From: a bacterium
GTDB lineage: Bacteria > Chloroflexota > Dormibacteria > Aeolococcales > Bog-877
Assembly: GCA_021801645.1 (NCBI GenBank)
Contig: JAJYXT010000010.1
Span: 25,052-89,051 of the forward strand
Direction: 5' to 3'
Length of the DNA stretch: 64,000 nt
Position 1 is the stretch's first letter. Every line of letters starts with the position of its first letter. Under the pieces are notes generated by a model. It saw only the letters and a program-made list of their open reading frames with translations. It had not been told where the DNA came from and did no database searches. The translations under genes were made by a program, and so were the position numbers. This document shows positions 1-10,479 of the stretch, in pieces.

Positions 1-507
1 CAGCGCGTCCATCCCCAGGTCGCGGGCCATCTGCAGGCAGCTCCGGAGCGTCTCCAGCTCCAGGGCGCGGACGATGAGCAGCACGGCGTCGGCACCGGCG
101 GCCCGGGCCTCCAACACCTGCTCCGGCCCGACCAGGAAGTCCTTGCGCAGGACCGGCACGGTGGTGGCGGCGCACACCGAGCGAAGGTCGTCCAGCGAGC
201 CCCCGAATTGGACCGGCTCGGTGAGGACGGAGAGAGCAGCAGCCCCCGACCGGGCGAGGGCGGGAGCCAGCTCAAGGGGATCAAGGCCGGGCCGAAGGGC
301 GCCGGCGGAGGGTGAGCTTCGCTTCAGCTCGGCAATCATGGCCAGCCCAGGGCCGGCGAGGGCACTCCGGAAGCCACGCGGCGCCGGAGCGTCTGCGGCC
401 AGTTGCTCGAGCCGGCCGGGTCCGTGCCTTCGGCGCAAGTCGTCCAGGCGATCGCGGGAGCCGGCCAGGAGGGGCCCGAGGACGCCGTAGCGGTTGCGGA
501 CTTCCAT
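1..507 (-). CDS. trpC: Indole-3-glycerol phosphate synthase (3' end runs off the window)
   Basis: Manual translation gives IAELKRSSPSAG, VLTEPVQFGGS and PVLRKDF...ARAAGADAVLLIV. ATG at 507 overlaps the acyP stop (TGATG). Not in the ORF track because it is truncated. Confidence 0.93.
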   Translation of the reverse strand, partial: MEVRNRYGVLGPLLAGSRDRLDDLRRRHGPGRLEQLAADAPAPRGFRSALAGPGLAMIAELKRSSPSAGALRPGLDPLELAPALARSGAAALSVLTEPVQFGGSLDDLRSVCAATTVPVLRKDFLVGPEQVLEARAAGADAVLLIVRALELETLRSCLQMARDLGMDAL

Positions 508-800
508 CAGCCGTCGATCGAGAAGGGTGGGAGCCCGGGTCCCACCGCCTCCTCCTCAACCTGGACCGCCTCCACCAGCGCGGCAGGGGGGCCCACCTGC
601 AGGAAGTCGATGTACTCGAGCACCGCCGGCAGCGGCCCCTGGGCCAGGGTCTCCAGCCGCCCGTCCCTCCGGTTGCGCACCCATCCCACGAGTCCCAGCT
701 CATCGGCCCGGCGGGCCGCGTAGGCCCGAAACCCCACCATCTGGACCCGACCGCTCACCAGACACCGTCGGCGTACCTCTGGAGGGGCATTGGGGGTCAT
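507..800 (-). CDS. acyP: Acylphosphatase
   Basis: VSGRVQMVGFR and GWVRNRRDGRLE motifs; 97 aa. Confidence 0.92.
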   Translation of the reverse strand: MTPNAPPEVRRRCLVSGRVQMVGFRAYAARRADELGLVGWVRNRRDGRLETLAQGPLPAVLEYIDFLQVGPPAALVEAVQVEEEAVGPGLPPFSIDG

Positions 801-830
801 CGTCCCAAGGTTAAGCGACGCGGCCGGGCC

Positions 831-1370
831 TCACTTGAGGACGGTCCCTCCGGCCTCCTCCTGCCGCGCCAGCATGAAGAGCAGGTCGGAGAGCCGATTG
901 AGGTAGCGGAGAACCTCAGGATTCCCCAACAGACCCTGGCGCTGCAGGGAGACCGCGCGGCGCTCCGCCCTCCGCACCACGGAGCGGGCCAGGTCGATGG
1001 CCGCGGCTGCGGGCGAGCCCCCGGGAAGAACGAACCCCGCGGGTATGCCGACCTCATTCTCAAGACGGTGCACCCATGCCTCCAGCCGGTCCGGGGCCTC
1101 CTGGGAGAGCACCGGGAAGTGCTTCTCCAGCCGGTCTCGAAGGTGAGGGTCGGTGGCCAGCTCCGCCCCCACGGTGAAGCACTCCCGCTCCAACTCCAGG
1201 AGACCCTCGGCGACCTCGCCCCGGGAGCACAGGGACCTGGCCAGCCCCATGGCCGATATGGCCTCGTCCAGGGCGCCGTAGGCTTCCGTCCGGAGGTCAT
1301 CCTTGGGCACCCTCCCGCCGTACAGCAGGCTGGTCTCGCCCTGGTCGCCCCCCCCGGTGACGATGCTCAC
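831..1370 (-). CDS. ATP:cob(I)alamin adenosyltransferase, PduO type
   Basis: TGGGDQGET, EAYGALDE, FVLPGGS, RRAERR, YLNRLSDLLF. Confidence 0.92.
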   Translation of the reverse strand: MSIVTGGGDQGETSLLYGGRVPKDDLRTEAYGALDEAISAMGLARSLCSRGEVAEGLLELERECFTVGAELATDPHLRDRLEKHFPVLSQEAPDRLEAWVHRLENEVGIPAGFVLPGGSPAAAAIDLARSVVRRAERRAVSLQRQGLLGNPEVLRYLNRLSDLLFMLARQEEAGGTVLK

Positions 1371-2332
1371 CCGGCGGGGACTGCCGCCATCTCGGGCTGG
1401 GCCAACTCCTCCTCGACGTACTTGGTGGCCGCGATGGCGGCGGTGGTGCCGTCTCCGACCGCGGTGGTGACCTGGCGGGTCAACTGCGCCCGCACGTCCC
1501 CGGCGGCGAAGATCCCGGGAATCGAAGTGCGCATGTTGGCGTCGGTGAGGTAATACCCCTGAGGGTCATGCTCCACGTGCCCGGCCACCAGCTGGGTGTT
1601 GGGGATGAAGCCGACGAAGATGAAGACCCCGCCAACCGCGAACTCACTGCGCTCCCCACTCCGAACGTTGCGCAGCCTGAGGGAGGTCACCCGGTTCTCG
1701 TCACCGGTTATCTCCTCCACGACGGTGTCGAGCAGGAACTCGATCTTGGGGTTCTGCCGGGCCCTTTCCAGCAGCAGCGGCTGGGCGCGGAACTCCTCGC
1801 GACGGTGGATCACCGTGACCTTGGCGGCGTAGCGGGTCAGGAAAGCCGCCTCCTCGATCGCCGCGTCCCCTCCGCCGATCACCGCGAGGTGCTCCCCTCG
1901 AAAGAAGGCCCCATCGCAGACCGCGCAGTAGGACACACCACGGCCGGCGTACTCCTGCTCCCCCGGCACCTCGAGCTTCCGGGGCTGGCCCCCGGCGGTG
2001 ACGATCACCGCCTTGGCGTAGTAGGGCTCCTCCTCCTCAACCTCGATCCGCTGCCGGCCGTCCGGGAGCGGGACGATGGCGGACACCCGGGCTGAGACCA
2101 GCTCGGCGCCGAAGCTGAGGGCGTGCTCCGCCATCTTGCTCGCCAGTTCCGGTCCCGTGATCGAAGCGAAGCCGGGATAGTCCTCGATGGCCTCCGTGTT
2201 CAACAGCTCTCCACCGGGCAACCCCGCCTCAAGCAGCAGCGTCCGCTTCAGCGCCCGGCCCGCGTACAGGGCCGCCGTGAGCCCGGCCGGCCCCCCTCCC
2301 ACGACCGCGATGTCGTACTCCCGTTCCGTCAC
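1367..2332 (-). CDS. trxB: Thioredoxin-disulfide reductase
   Basis: GGGPAGL, GRGVSYCAVCDG (CxxC), GGGDAAIEEA, FAAGDV. Confidence 0.95.
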   Translation of the reverse strand: MTEREYDIAVVGGGPAGLTAALYAGRALKRTLLLEAGLPGGELLNTEAIEDYPGFASITGPELASKMAEHALSFGAELVSARVSAIVPLPDGRQRIEVEEEEPYYAKAVIVTAGGQPRKLEVPGEQEYAGRGVSYCAVCDGAFFRGEHLAVIGGGDAAIEEAAFLTRYAAKVTVIHRREEFRAQPLLLERARQNPKIEFLLDTVVEEITGDENRVTSLRLRNVRSGERSEFAVGGVFIFVGFIPNTQLVAGHVEHDPQGYYLTDANMRTSIPGIFAAGDVRAQLTRQVTTAVGDGTTAAIAATKYVEEELAQPEMAAVPAG

Positions 2333-2398
2333 GACGCGCCTCCAGATGGCCAGAACTCTCCCTCAGCTTACCCAATAGGGGAGCGGCCGAAGCCGGGG

Positions 2399-3934
<1,536 letters not shown>

Positions 3935-4013
3935 TCAGTCGCGCACCAGCCAGCGAACCGGACCTCCACCTCCCCTCGGCGAGTCCGGGATCTGAGCGTC
4001 CTCGACCGGCGGC

Positions 4014-4952
4014 CTAGCCTGAGGTCCACTGCCGGATCACCGGCAGGACCTCCAGGAGGGGGATGGCGAACGCCCCCACCCCGAATTTGGCCGCCAGGGT
4101 CATGATCCCCAACACCTGCCCCTGGGCGGTGAGCACCGGCCCGCCGCTGTTCCCCGGGAAGATGTGGGCGGGGATGCGGATGAGATCGACGTAATTGGTG
4201 AGCTGTCCGGGCTCGGCATCCCCCACCGTGGCCCTCTGGTTGAGGCCGTCCACCAGGGAGACGGTGACCGGGGGATGCCCCGTGGCTCCCTGGGACGCCA
4301 GGACCACCACCGCCTGCCCCATGGACGCGGACGCTGTGTCCAGGGGCAGCGGCGCCTCGGTGAGGCCCTCAGCCTGAACCTCCGCCAGGTCGAGCTGAGG
4401 GTCAGAGTTCACCACTCGTGCCGGGTACTCGGCGCCGGAGGAGGTGACCACGTGGAAGCTCAACCCCTGGCTGACCACGTGGTCGTTGGTGATGAAGTCG
4501 CCGCGTGAGTCCACCGGCCATCCGGTGCCCAGCTCCTCGGAGGCGGTGCCCACCGCCACCACGGTCACGATCTCGGGCAGATCCTGGCCGGCGATCTCCT
4601 GCAGCGCGGTCCCTGATCCCGCCGCGGACGGCGTGGGGGTCGGGGCCAGGGCCAGGTTGCGGGCCACGTGATGGCCGTCGGGTGTCCGGCGCGCCAACGA
4701 GAGCCCGGCCGCCGCTCCCGCGGCCAGTCCGATGGCGATCACCGCCACCCCGGCCGCCACGCGGGTCCACCACCGATGGCCCCGGGGCGAGAGAGGGTAG
4801 TCCTCCCCACGGCTCCACGCCTCGGGGTCCCAGCCATCTCCCTCCGGGGAGAGTTCAACTCCGGGCGGCTCCCAGGGAAGCGGCTGCCTGGGAGCCGTCC
4901 AGCCACCTTCGGCTGGCCCGCCCTTGTCCGGGACGTGTGGTTCCGTCGTCAC
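4014..4952 (-). CDS. Membrane-anchored S1C (trypsin-like) serine protease, no PDZ domain
   Basis: TM segment, then TNDHVV (His), DLAEV (Asp), PGNSGGP (Ser). GTG start after CAGGAGG; the ORF-track extension overlaps the tRNA. Confidence 0.85.
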   Translation of the reverse strand: MTTEPHVPDKGGPAEGGWTAPRQPLPWEPPGVELSPEGDGWDPEAWSRGEDYPLSPRGHRWWTRVAAGVAVIAIGLAAGAAAGLSLARRTPDGHHVARNLALAPTPTPSAAGSGTALQEIAGQDLPEIVTVVAVGTASEELGTGWPVDSRGDFITNDHVVSQGLSFHVVTSSGAEYPARVVNSDPQLDLAEVQAEGLTEAPLPLDTASASMGQAVVVLASQGATGHPPVTVSLVDGLNQRATVGDAEPGQLTNYVDLIRIPAHIFPGNSGGPVLTAQGQVLGIMTLAAKFGVGAFAIPLLEVLPVIRQWTSG

Positions 4953-5049
4953 GCCTCCTGATCGGCGGCCGACTGCAGATCTTGCCGACCCCTCCGCGCC
5001 GCACTCCTGGGTGCAGGGTAACTCCGGGAACGTCCTCCGGGGCCCCAGG

Positions 5050-5136
5050 TGGTGCCGGGAGCGGGACTCGAACCCGCACGCAGTGACCTGCACAGCGCCC
5101 TGAACGCTGCGTGTCTACCAGTTTCACCATCCCGGC
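5050..5136 (-). tRNA. tRNA-Leu(CAG)
   Basis: GCCGGGATGGTGAAACTGGTAGACACG-CAGCG-TTCAGGG-CGCTG, long variable arm, GGTTCGAGTCC T-loop, encoded CCA. Confidence 0.97.
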
Positions 5137-5187
5137 CGGGCCCGCCAATCGTACCGGATGAGGGCTCAGGGATCGAGCCACGCCGGG

Positions 5188-6816
5188 TCACCCCGACCAC
5201 TCCGCCACGTTGGTGAAGAGCTGGGCGGGATCGCCCACCGCCGGCATCCCGGGCGTGTGGGCCGCGCTCAGGTGGGCGTACACCAGCTCCGGGGTGTAGA
5301 GGAACACCGCCGGCATCTGGGTCGCCAGCTCCTGGACCACCACTCTGTAGGCGGCGATGCGACCGGGAAGGGATGTGGCGGTGGCCAGCTGGTCGATGGC
5401 GTGGGTCAGGATGGGGTCGGCGGCCCCCTGGCCGAGGTCGGCTCCGGCCGCCCCGCTGCCCCCGAAGAGGCCGGAGATGTCGAGAGTTGGTCCGTTGTCG
5501 AAGCCAACCAGCGCCATCTGGAACTCCCCCCTGCCGAGCTGGGCGGTGAGGAAGGACGCAGCCGGGTACTGGCCGACGCTCACGGTGATGCCCGCCGAGG
5601 CCAGCTGGTCGGCGAGCGCGCGGGCCACCGCGGTGAGGGGCTCCACGTCGGGAACGGCGAGGCGCAGCTGCAACGGTTTCCCGCCTGCCTCGTACAGCCC
5701 CACAGGCGGTGTTCGCCGGTAGCCCGCGGAGGCCAACAGCTGGCCGGCCGAGGAGACCGGCTGCCCGCGTTTAGTGATGGCCGCGGCCCAGCCGATCGAG
5801 TCGGGGAGCGGTCCGAACTGTGGCCTCGCCATTCCGGGCACGGCCCGGGTGATCAGCTGGCCCCGGTCCACAAGGGAGGCCACCGCCTGGCGGATGGCCA
5901 CGTCCGCCAGGGGCTGGCTGGACTGGTTGAACAGCAGCTCCACGAAGGAGTAGGTGAGTATGTGCTGGCGCACCACCGAGTGGGGCAGGCTTGCGAGTTC
6001 GGAACTGGTGGCCAGGAGCCAGCCGTCTACCTTGCCGGCGCTCATCTGGGCGGCCACCGCTGCGGAACTGGGCTCGAGCTGGATGACAAAGCGCGCGATG
6101 TGCGGACGGGGTTGGTAGTTCGGATTGCGGGCCAGCACCACCTGGTCGGGCAGGTTGGCGGCCAGGGCGAAGGGTCCGGCAGCCGGCGGGAAGGGGCCGG
6201 TCGGCCTCAGCCCCGCGCGAAGGTAGCGTCCGGGCTGGTCGTGGTACGGAGCCTCGGGGAGGATGGGCAGCTCCGCCGTGGTTGCGAAGTTGGGAGCCGG
6301 CCCGGGGAGGATGAAGGTCCCGGCCCAGAAGGAGTTGGCCTCCAGGGTGATCCCCAGCCAGGGGGCGGCGAGGGATGGATCGGGGAAGTCGCCCGCCTGC
6401 AGGACCGCGAGGGTGAAGCCGACATCCCGCGTGGTGATCGGCGCTCCATCGGACCAGCGCCCGCTCGCGGGCAGGGTGAAGCTCCAGCGGGAGCCACCGG
6501 CCTCGGACCGGAAGGAGCTGGCCAGCCCCAGGCGCGGCGATCCGGAGGGTCCGGGCTCAGTGAGCCCGGGGGCGCTCACGGCGGACACCATCATCGCGAC
6601 CGGGCTGGTGGGGTCGAGCAGGGAGCTGAGGGGGGACGGTCCCGTGGGGGCGACGAGCCCCTCGGTGAAAACCTGGTTGGCGCCCTGCTGGAGCACGCCC
6701 AGGGTGAGGGCGCCCACCCCCACGCAGAGGAGCGCCGCCGTGGCTGCCAGCGCCGGCAGCCGGAGGGGGTGACGGCGGCGGTCGAAAGCGCCCGAGAGGC
6801 TGAGGTGGTCCCTCAG
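5188..6816 (-). CDS. ABC transporter substrate-binding protein, family 5 (peptide/nickel type); start uncertain
   Basis: WSDGAPITTRDVGFT, GPF...LARNPNY, FNQ...PLADVAIRQA. An N-terminal basic/hydrophobic segment implies a start at or near the CTG overlapping the secG stop; first GTG is at 6723. Confidence 0.8.
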   Translation of the reverse strand: MRDHLSLSGAFDRRRHPLRLPALAATAALLCVGVGALTLGVLQQGANQVFTEGLVAPTGPSPLSSLLDPTSPVAMMVSAVSAPGLTEPGPSGSPRLGLASSFRSEAGGSRWSFTLPASGRWSDGAPITTRDVGFTLAVLQAGDFPDPSLAAPWLGITLEANSFWAGTFILPGPAPNFATTAELPILPEAPYHDQPGRYLRAGLRPTGPFPPAAGPFALAANLPDQVVLARNPNYQPRPHIARFVIQLEPSSAAVAAQMSAGKVDGWLLATSSELASLPHSVVRQHILTYSFVELLFNQSSQPLADVAIRQAVASLVDRGQLITRAVPGMARPQFGPLPDSIGWAAAITKRGQPVSSAGQLLASAGYRRTPPVGLYEAGGKPLQLRLAVPDVEPLTAVARALADQLASAGITVSVGQYPAASFLTAQLGRGEFQMALVGFDNGPTLDISGLFGGSGAAGADLGQGAADPILTHAIDQLATATSLPGRIAAYRVVVQELATQMPAVFLYTPELVYAHLSAAHTPGMPAVGDPAQLFTNVAEWSG

Positions 6817-7043
6817 CCGACCCGGATTTGGATGATTGCCACCAGGGCGAAGGCCGCCGTCAGCCAGATCGAGGCGCGGAAAAGCCCCTTCTCCAGTCCG
6901 CGGCGGGTCCGGTACCCGCCCCCCATGTCGGTCCCCCCGCCGATGGTGCCGCCAAGGCCGCTGGACTTGGGTGTCTGGAGCAGGATGGTGATCATCACCA
7001 GGACTGCCAGAACCACCTCGAGGACGGTTACCACGGTTTTCAT
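6813..7043 (-). CDS. secG: Preprotein translocase subunit SecG
   Basis: 76 aa, two TM helices, ILLQTPKSSGLGG...YRTRRGLEK. Confidence 0.9.
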   Translation of the reverse strand: MKTVVTVLEVVLAVLVMITILLQTPKSSGLGGTIGGGTDMGGGYRTRRGLEKGLFRASIWLTAAFALVAIIQIRVG

Positions 7044-7537
7044 CAGCTCTCCACCACAACGCCCGGGGGATTATAGCCCGGCCCCGGATGGCTCCCTTCT
7101 CCGGTCGGCAGCTCCTCGAACTCAGCGCCTTCTTCCTGGCCACTGAGGATCCAGGCCGTGGCCCGCCGCATCATCCCCTGGTCCACGGCGCAGACCACGT
7201 AGACGTAGCCCGGCCAGGCGTGGTCGCGATCGAACTGGCTGGGGCGGGCTGGGTGGTCCGGGTGGGTGTGAAAGAAGCCCAGGACATCCTCTCCCCGCGA
7301 GCGACCGGCACGCTCGGCGGCGATGATGTCCCGAGGGTCGAGCTCGTAACGGTCGTGACGCCGGTCCTCGACCAGGTTGCGGCCCGGGAATACCTCCGAG
7401 ACCTCCCAGACTCCCTCCCGGGCCGCGCCCACCAGGACACCGCATCCCTCGAAGGGGTAGGCGGACTCGGCCAGCTCGCGCATCCTCTCCCACTGGCCCC
7501 CGGCGAACCTCAGCTCCCGCGCAGCTCCGTCGCTCAT
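7043..7537 (-). CDS. M67/JAMM (Mov34/MPN) metallopeptidase, Mec/CysO-cysteine peptidase-like
   Basis: YPFEGCG, FFHTHPDHPARPSQFD (HxH-x7-S-x2-D); ATGA-coupled to cysteine synthase. Confidence 0.9.
   Translation of the reverse strand: MSDGAARELRFAGGQWERMRELAESAYPFEGCGVLVGAAREGVWEVSEVFPGRNLVEDRRHDRYELDPRDIIAAERAGRSRGEDVLGFFHTHPDHPARPSQFDRDHAWPGYVYVVCAVDQGMMRRATAWILSGQEEGAEFEELPTGEGSHPGPGYNPPGVVVES
7070..7075 (-). promoter_or_regulatory. Putative -10 box (TATAAT) upstream of secG, inside the mec 3' end
   Basis: Perfect TATAAT in a very GC-rich context ~27 nt upstream of the secG ATG. Confidence 0.55.
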
Positions 7538-8478
7538 ACGCCTCCGTACAAACCGCCACTCAGGTAACGGTCGCCGCTGTCGGCGAAGATCAGGACGGCT
7601 ACCCCCTCCCGCAACCCACCCCGGATCAGCTGGCGCACTCCCCAGAGTGCCAGGCCAGAGGAGTGGCCTGCCAGCACCCCCTCTTCGCGAGCCAGCTGCC
7701 GGGCCAGATCGTACGACTCGCCGGTGGGTCCGAGAAGGTGCCGATCCGCCAGGCTGGGGTCGTAGATCCCGGGAACGATGGCACTGGCCATGTGCTTCAG
7801 GCCCTCCAAGCCGTGGAAGGGATCGTCGGGCTCCAGGCTGACGCACTCCACCTCTGGGTTCAACTCCTTCAGCCTCCGGCTCGTGCCCATGAAGGTGCCG
7901 CTGGTGCCGAGGCCGGCGAGGAAGTGGGTCACCCCTCCCCGGGTCTGCTCCCAGATCTCCGGGGCGGTCGACTCGTAGTGGGCTCGCCAGTTGGCCGGGT
8001 TGTTGTACTGGTCGGGGTAGAAGTAGCCGTCTGGACCCTGGCGCACGAGCTCCCGGCAGAGCCGGATGGCACCGTCGGACCCCTCCATGGGGTCACTCAG
8101 AATCAGCTCCGCGCCGTAGGCGCGCATGAGCTGCTTCCGCTCCTCGGTGACGTTGGCGGGCACCACCAGGCGCACCGGGTAGCCGAGCGCGGCCCCCAGC
8201 ATGGCGTAGGCGACCCCGGTGTTCCCGCTGGTGCTGTCGATGATGGTCTTGCCCCTGGTGAGGCGCCCCCGGCGGATCCCGTCCTGGAGCATCCAGAGGG
8301 CGGGCCGGTCCTTCACCGAGCCGCCAGGGTTGAGGAACTCCGCCTTGGCGTACACCTCGAGGTCGGGCGCCAGCTGCTCGAAGAGGCGCAGGCGGATGAG
8401 TGGGGTCGCACCGACCAGGTCGACCACGGTGCGGTCGTCCCCTCCCGGCGCCAGCTGCAGGCGACGGTTGCTCACCAC
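7534..8478 (-). CDS. cysM: PLP-dependent cysteine synthase (CysM/CysK family)
   Basis: KAEFLNPGGSVKDR, STSGNTG, DQYNNPAN, GLGTSGT, DSGDRYLS. Confidence 0.92.
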   Translation of the reverse strand: MVSNRRLQLAPGGDDRTVVDLVGATPLIRLRLFEQLAPDLEVYAKAEFLNPGGSVKDRPALWMLQDGIRRGRLTRGKTIIDSTSGNTGVAYAMLGAALGYPVRLVVPANVTEERKQLMRAYGAELILSDPMEGSDGAIRLCRELVRQGPDGYFYPDQYNNPANWRAHYESTAPEIWEQTRGGVTHFLAGLGTSGTFMGTSRRLKELNPEVECVSLEPDDPFHGLEGLKHMASAIVPGIYDPSLADRHLLGPTGESYDLARQLAREEGVLAGHSSGLALWGVRQLIRGGLREGVAVLIFADSGDRYLSGGLYGGV

Positions 8479-8479
8479 A

Positions 8480-8502
8480 ATTCCAACTGTAGCAGTCGGA
8501 TT
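8480..8502. promoter_or_regulatory. Imperfect palindrome, candidate Rrf2-family (IscR/CymR-type) operator
   Basis: TCCAACTG-TAG-CAGTCGGA immediately upstream of the cysteine synthase start. Confidence 0.55.
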
Positions 8503-8552
8503 ATGCCGGCCGGCGCATCCCCCGAGCGGGACTAGACTTGCCCGCGGAGCAG

Positions 8553-9050
8553 ATGAGGTGGTCAAGAGCCCGACTGCGGGCGCCGCGGATGTCCGCGGGG
8601 ATGATGTTGGTGGTGGCGGTGATCGCCTTCCTGTCGGTCTCAGCCGTCGTGGACGTACTCACCAGCATCGGTTCGGTGGGCGGCTCCGCTGGCCCTCCCA
8701 GGGCCCAGCTCGACGGCAACCTCAACGTCCGGGGGCTGCGCGTGGGCCGTCCCGCCCGGCTCGCCTTCGGGCTCTACCTGGCGTCGGGAAGCGCCATGGA
8801 CCCCGCCTGCGTCGGGGCCAATCTGAGCCCGGAGTTCCATGTGGTGCGGGTCACCTTCCTCAATTCCCCGGGCAGCCGCTGGTCCGGCAACGAGTCCTGC
8901 GGGCAGATCCTGGAGACCAACTCCACGATCCCGGTGGTGATCACGGTGATCCCCCGATACCCGGGGAACTTCACCATCGCCGCCCGTCCCAAGGTCCGCT
9001 CGCGGGACGTCGGCACCGGGCCAAAGGGGACGGTCTCAGTCGGCTCTTGA
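8553..9050 (+). CDS. Hypothetical membrane-anchored protein
   Basis: N-terminal hydrophobic helix (MMLVVAVIAFLSVSAVV), then a beta-rich domain with two Cys; fills the gap between divergent genes. Confidence 0.6.
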   Translation: MRWSRARLRAPRMSAGMMLVVAVIAFLSVSAVVDVLTSIGSVGGSAGPPRAQLDGNLNVRGLRVGRPARLAFGLYLASGSAMDPACVGANLSPEFHVVRVTFLNSPGSRWSGNESCGQILETNSTIPVVITVIPRYPGNFTIAARPKVRSRDVGTGPKGTVSVGS

Positions 9051-9845
9051 GTCCGATGCGCAGGCCGCCAACAGGGCCGCGTGCACCCGGGGTCCCGCGG
9101 CCACGATGTCACCGGTGCGCAGGTGACTCCCCCCTCCCTCCCAGTCGCTGACTACGCCACCCGCCTCGGTGACCAGCAGAGCCCCGGCCGCGATGTCCCA
9201 CACCTTGAGCCCCAGCTCGAAGAACCCGGAGAAGACCCCCGAGGCCACCAGGGCCAGGTCCAGGCTGGCGGCGCCGGGGCGGCGAGCGTCCTCGCAGCTC
9301 TCCAGCACCCGCTCGAGGGCACGCAGCAGGCGGGGCAGGCGCCCCTGCTCCTTGAAGGGGAATCCGGTGGAGACCACGGCCTTCTCCGGCTCCGAGTCGA
9401 CAACGTTGAGCCGCCTTCCCTCCTGGTCGAAGGCGCCGCGTCCCCGCCGCGCCGTGTAGGTCCAGCCCAGGAAGGGGGCGTGGACCGCCCCCACCGCGGG
9501 GCTCCCATCCACCAGGAGGGCCACCGAGACACCGACCATGGGAAAGCCCCGGCTGAAGTTGGTGGTCCCGTCCAGGGGGTCTACCACCCAGCCGGTGGGG
9601 GAGCTCCTGCCGCCCGCCTCCTCGGAGAGCACCGGAAGATCCGGGAAGGAGGCGTGCAGGATCCGCACCACCACCTCTTCGCTGGCGCGATCCACCTCCG
9701 TGACATAGTCGCCGGGCCCCTTCGCCTCGGCGCGATGGGGCCCCACCCCCGCCGCCCTGATCACCGCCCCGCCGGCCTGGCTCGAGTACCTCGCGGTCGC
9801 CAGGGCGAGGTCCAGGTCTAAGGGCGTCGGCCCGAACTGGCTCAG
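9036..9845 (-). CDS. Inositol monophosphatase family protein (SuhB-like); probable CTG start
   Basis: DYVTEVDRASE, LSEE, WVVDPLDGTTNF, WDIAAG. The family's N-terminal helix (LALATARYSSQAGGAVI) lies upstream of the first GTG at 9764. Confidence 0.88.
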   Translation of the reverse strand: MSQFGPTPLDLDLALATARYSSQAGGAVIRAAGVGPHRAEAKGPGDYVTEVDRASEEVVVRILHASFPDLPVLSEEAGGRSSPTGWVVDPLDGTTNFSRGFPMVGVSVALLVDGSPAVGAVHAPFLGWTYTARRGRGAFDQEGRRLNVVDSEPEKAVVSTGFPFKEQGRLPRLLRALERVLESCEDARRPGAASLDLALVASGVFSGFFELGLKVWDIAAGALLVTEAGGVVSDWEGGGSHLRTGDIVAAGPRVHAALLAACASDSRAD

Positions 9846-9991
9846 CGCCGGCCCCGGCCCCGCGGTGGCTCCCGGGAGACCTTCTTCTTGTGCTTCTTGG
9901 CCTTGGACGGAGGCGCTGAGGGGATGAGCTCGGGTGGCGGTGCGGCTGGCCGGGGCGGGGGCGGGGGCATCTGGGAGTCGGTCATGGTCAT
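9842..9991 (-). CDS. Small Pro- and Lys/Arg-rich hypothetical protein (47-49 aa)
   Basis: MTMTDSQMPPPPPRPAAPPPELIPSAPPSKAKKHKKKVSREPPRGRGRR*; mostly G/C-ending codons; stop overlaps the IMPase CTG. Confidence 0.5.
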   Translation of the reverse strand: MTMTDSQMPPPPPRPAAPPPELIPSAPPSKAKKHKKKVSREPPRGRGRR

Positions 9992-10036
9992 ATGGTGACA
10001 GCTGGGCGCCATCGGTGCGCGCCTTCGCCGACGGCC

Positions 10037-10411
10037 TCAGGTCCAGAGCCGGGCCGGATCTCGCCGAATGACCCGGGGCATCCCCGGGCGCAGCTTCAGC
10101 ACCACCCGGCCCACCACCCGGTCCACGGCCACCGCGCCGAACGCCTCACTGTCGGTGCTCTCTTGCCGGTTGTCACCGGCCAGCCAGACCAGCCGCCGGC
10201 GCGAGCTGACCGCGGCCACCCGCTTCACCAGCTCGAAGCCGTCCCGGTGCGGGTGTTCGGCCACCACGACATCGCCCACCCGGGGCATCCGGCCCCTTGT
10301 GGGGATGAGAAGGGCCCAGCTCCCCTCCTGGAGGTCGGGTTCCATGCTCCTCCCCTCCACCAGGAGGAGCTGTGGAAGCCGGGGACCGCGCTGCGGTTTG
10401 CCGCCAGTCAC
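10037..10411 (-). CDS. sodX: Nickel-SOD maturation protease (S26 family)
   Basis: VEGRSMEPDL, GDVVVAEHP, LVKRV, GDNRQESTDS; adjacent to sodN. Confidence 0.85.
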   Translation of the reverse strand: MTGGKPQRGPRLPQLLLVEGRSMEPDLQEGSWALLIPTRGRMPRVGDVVVAEHPHRDGFELVKRVAAVSSRRRLVWLAGDNRQESTDSEAFGAVAVDRVVGRVVLKLRPGMPRVIRRDPARLWT

Positions 10412-10479
10412 GGGCTGATGGTAGTTTGGACGGGACGGAGGAGATCTCCGGCATCGCTCAGGTTCGAAGGGAGGCGGCC

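Noticed and set aside
5158..7146. 662-aa plus-strand ORF
   Set aside because: Antisense shadow of the ABC SBP and secG genes; no motifs; typical high-GC artefact.
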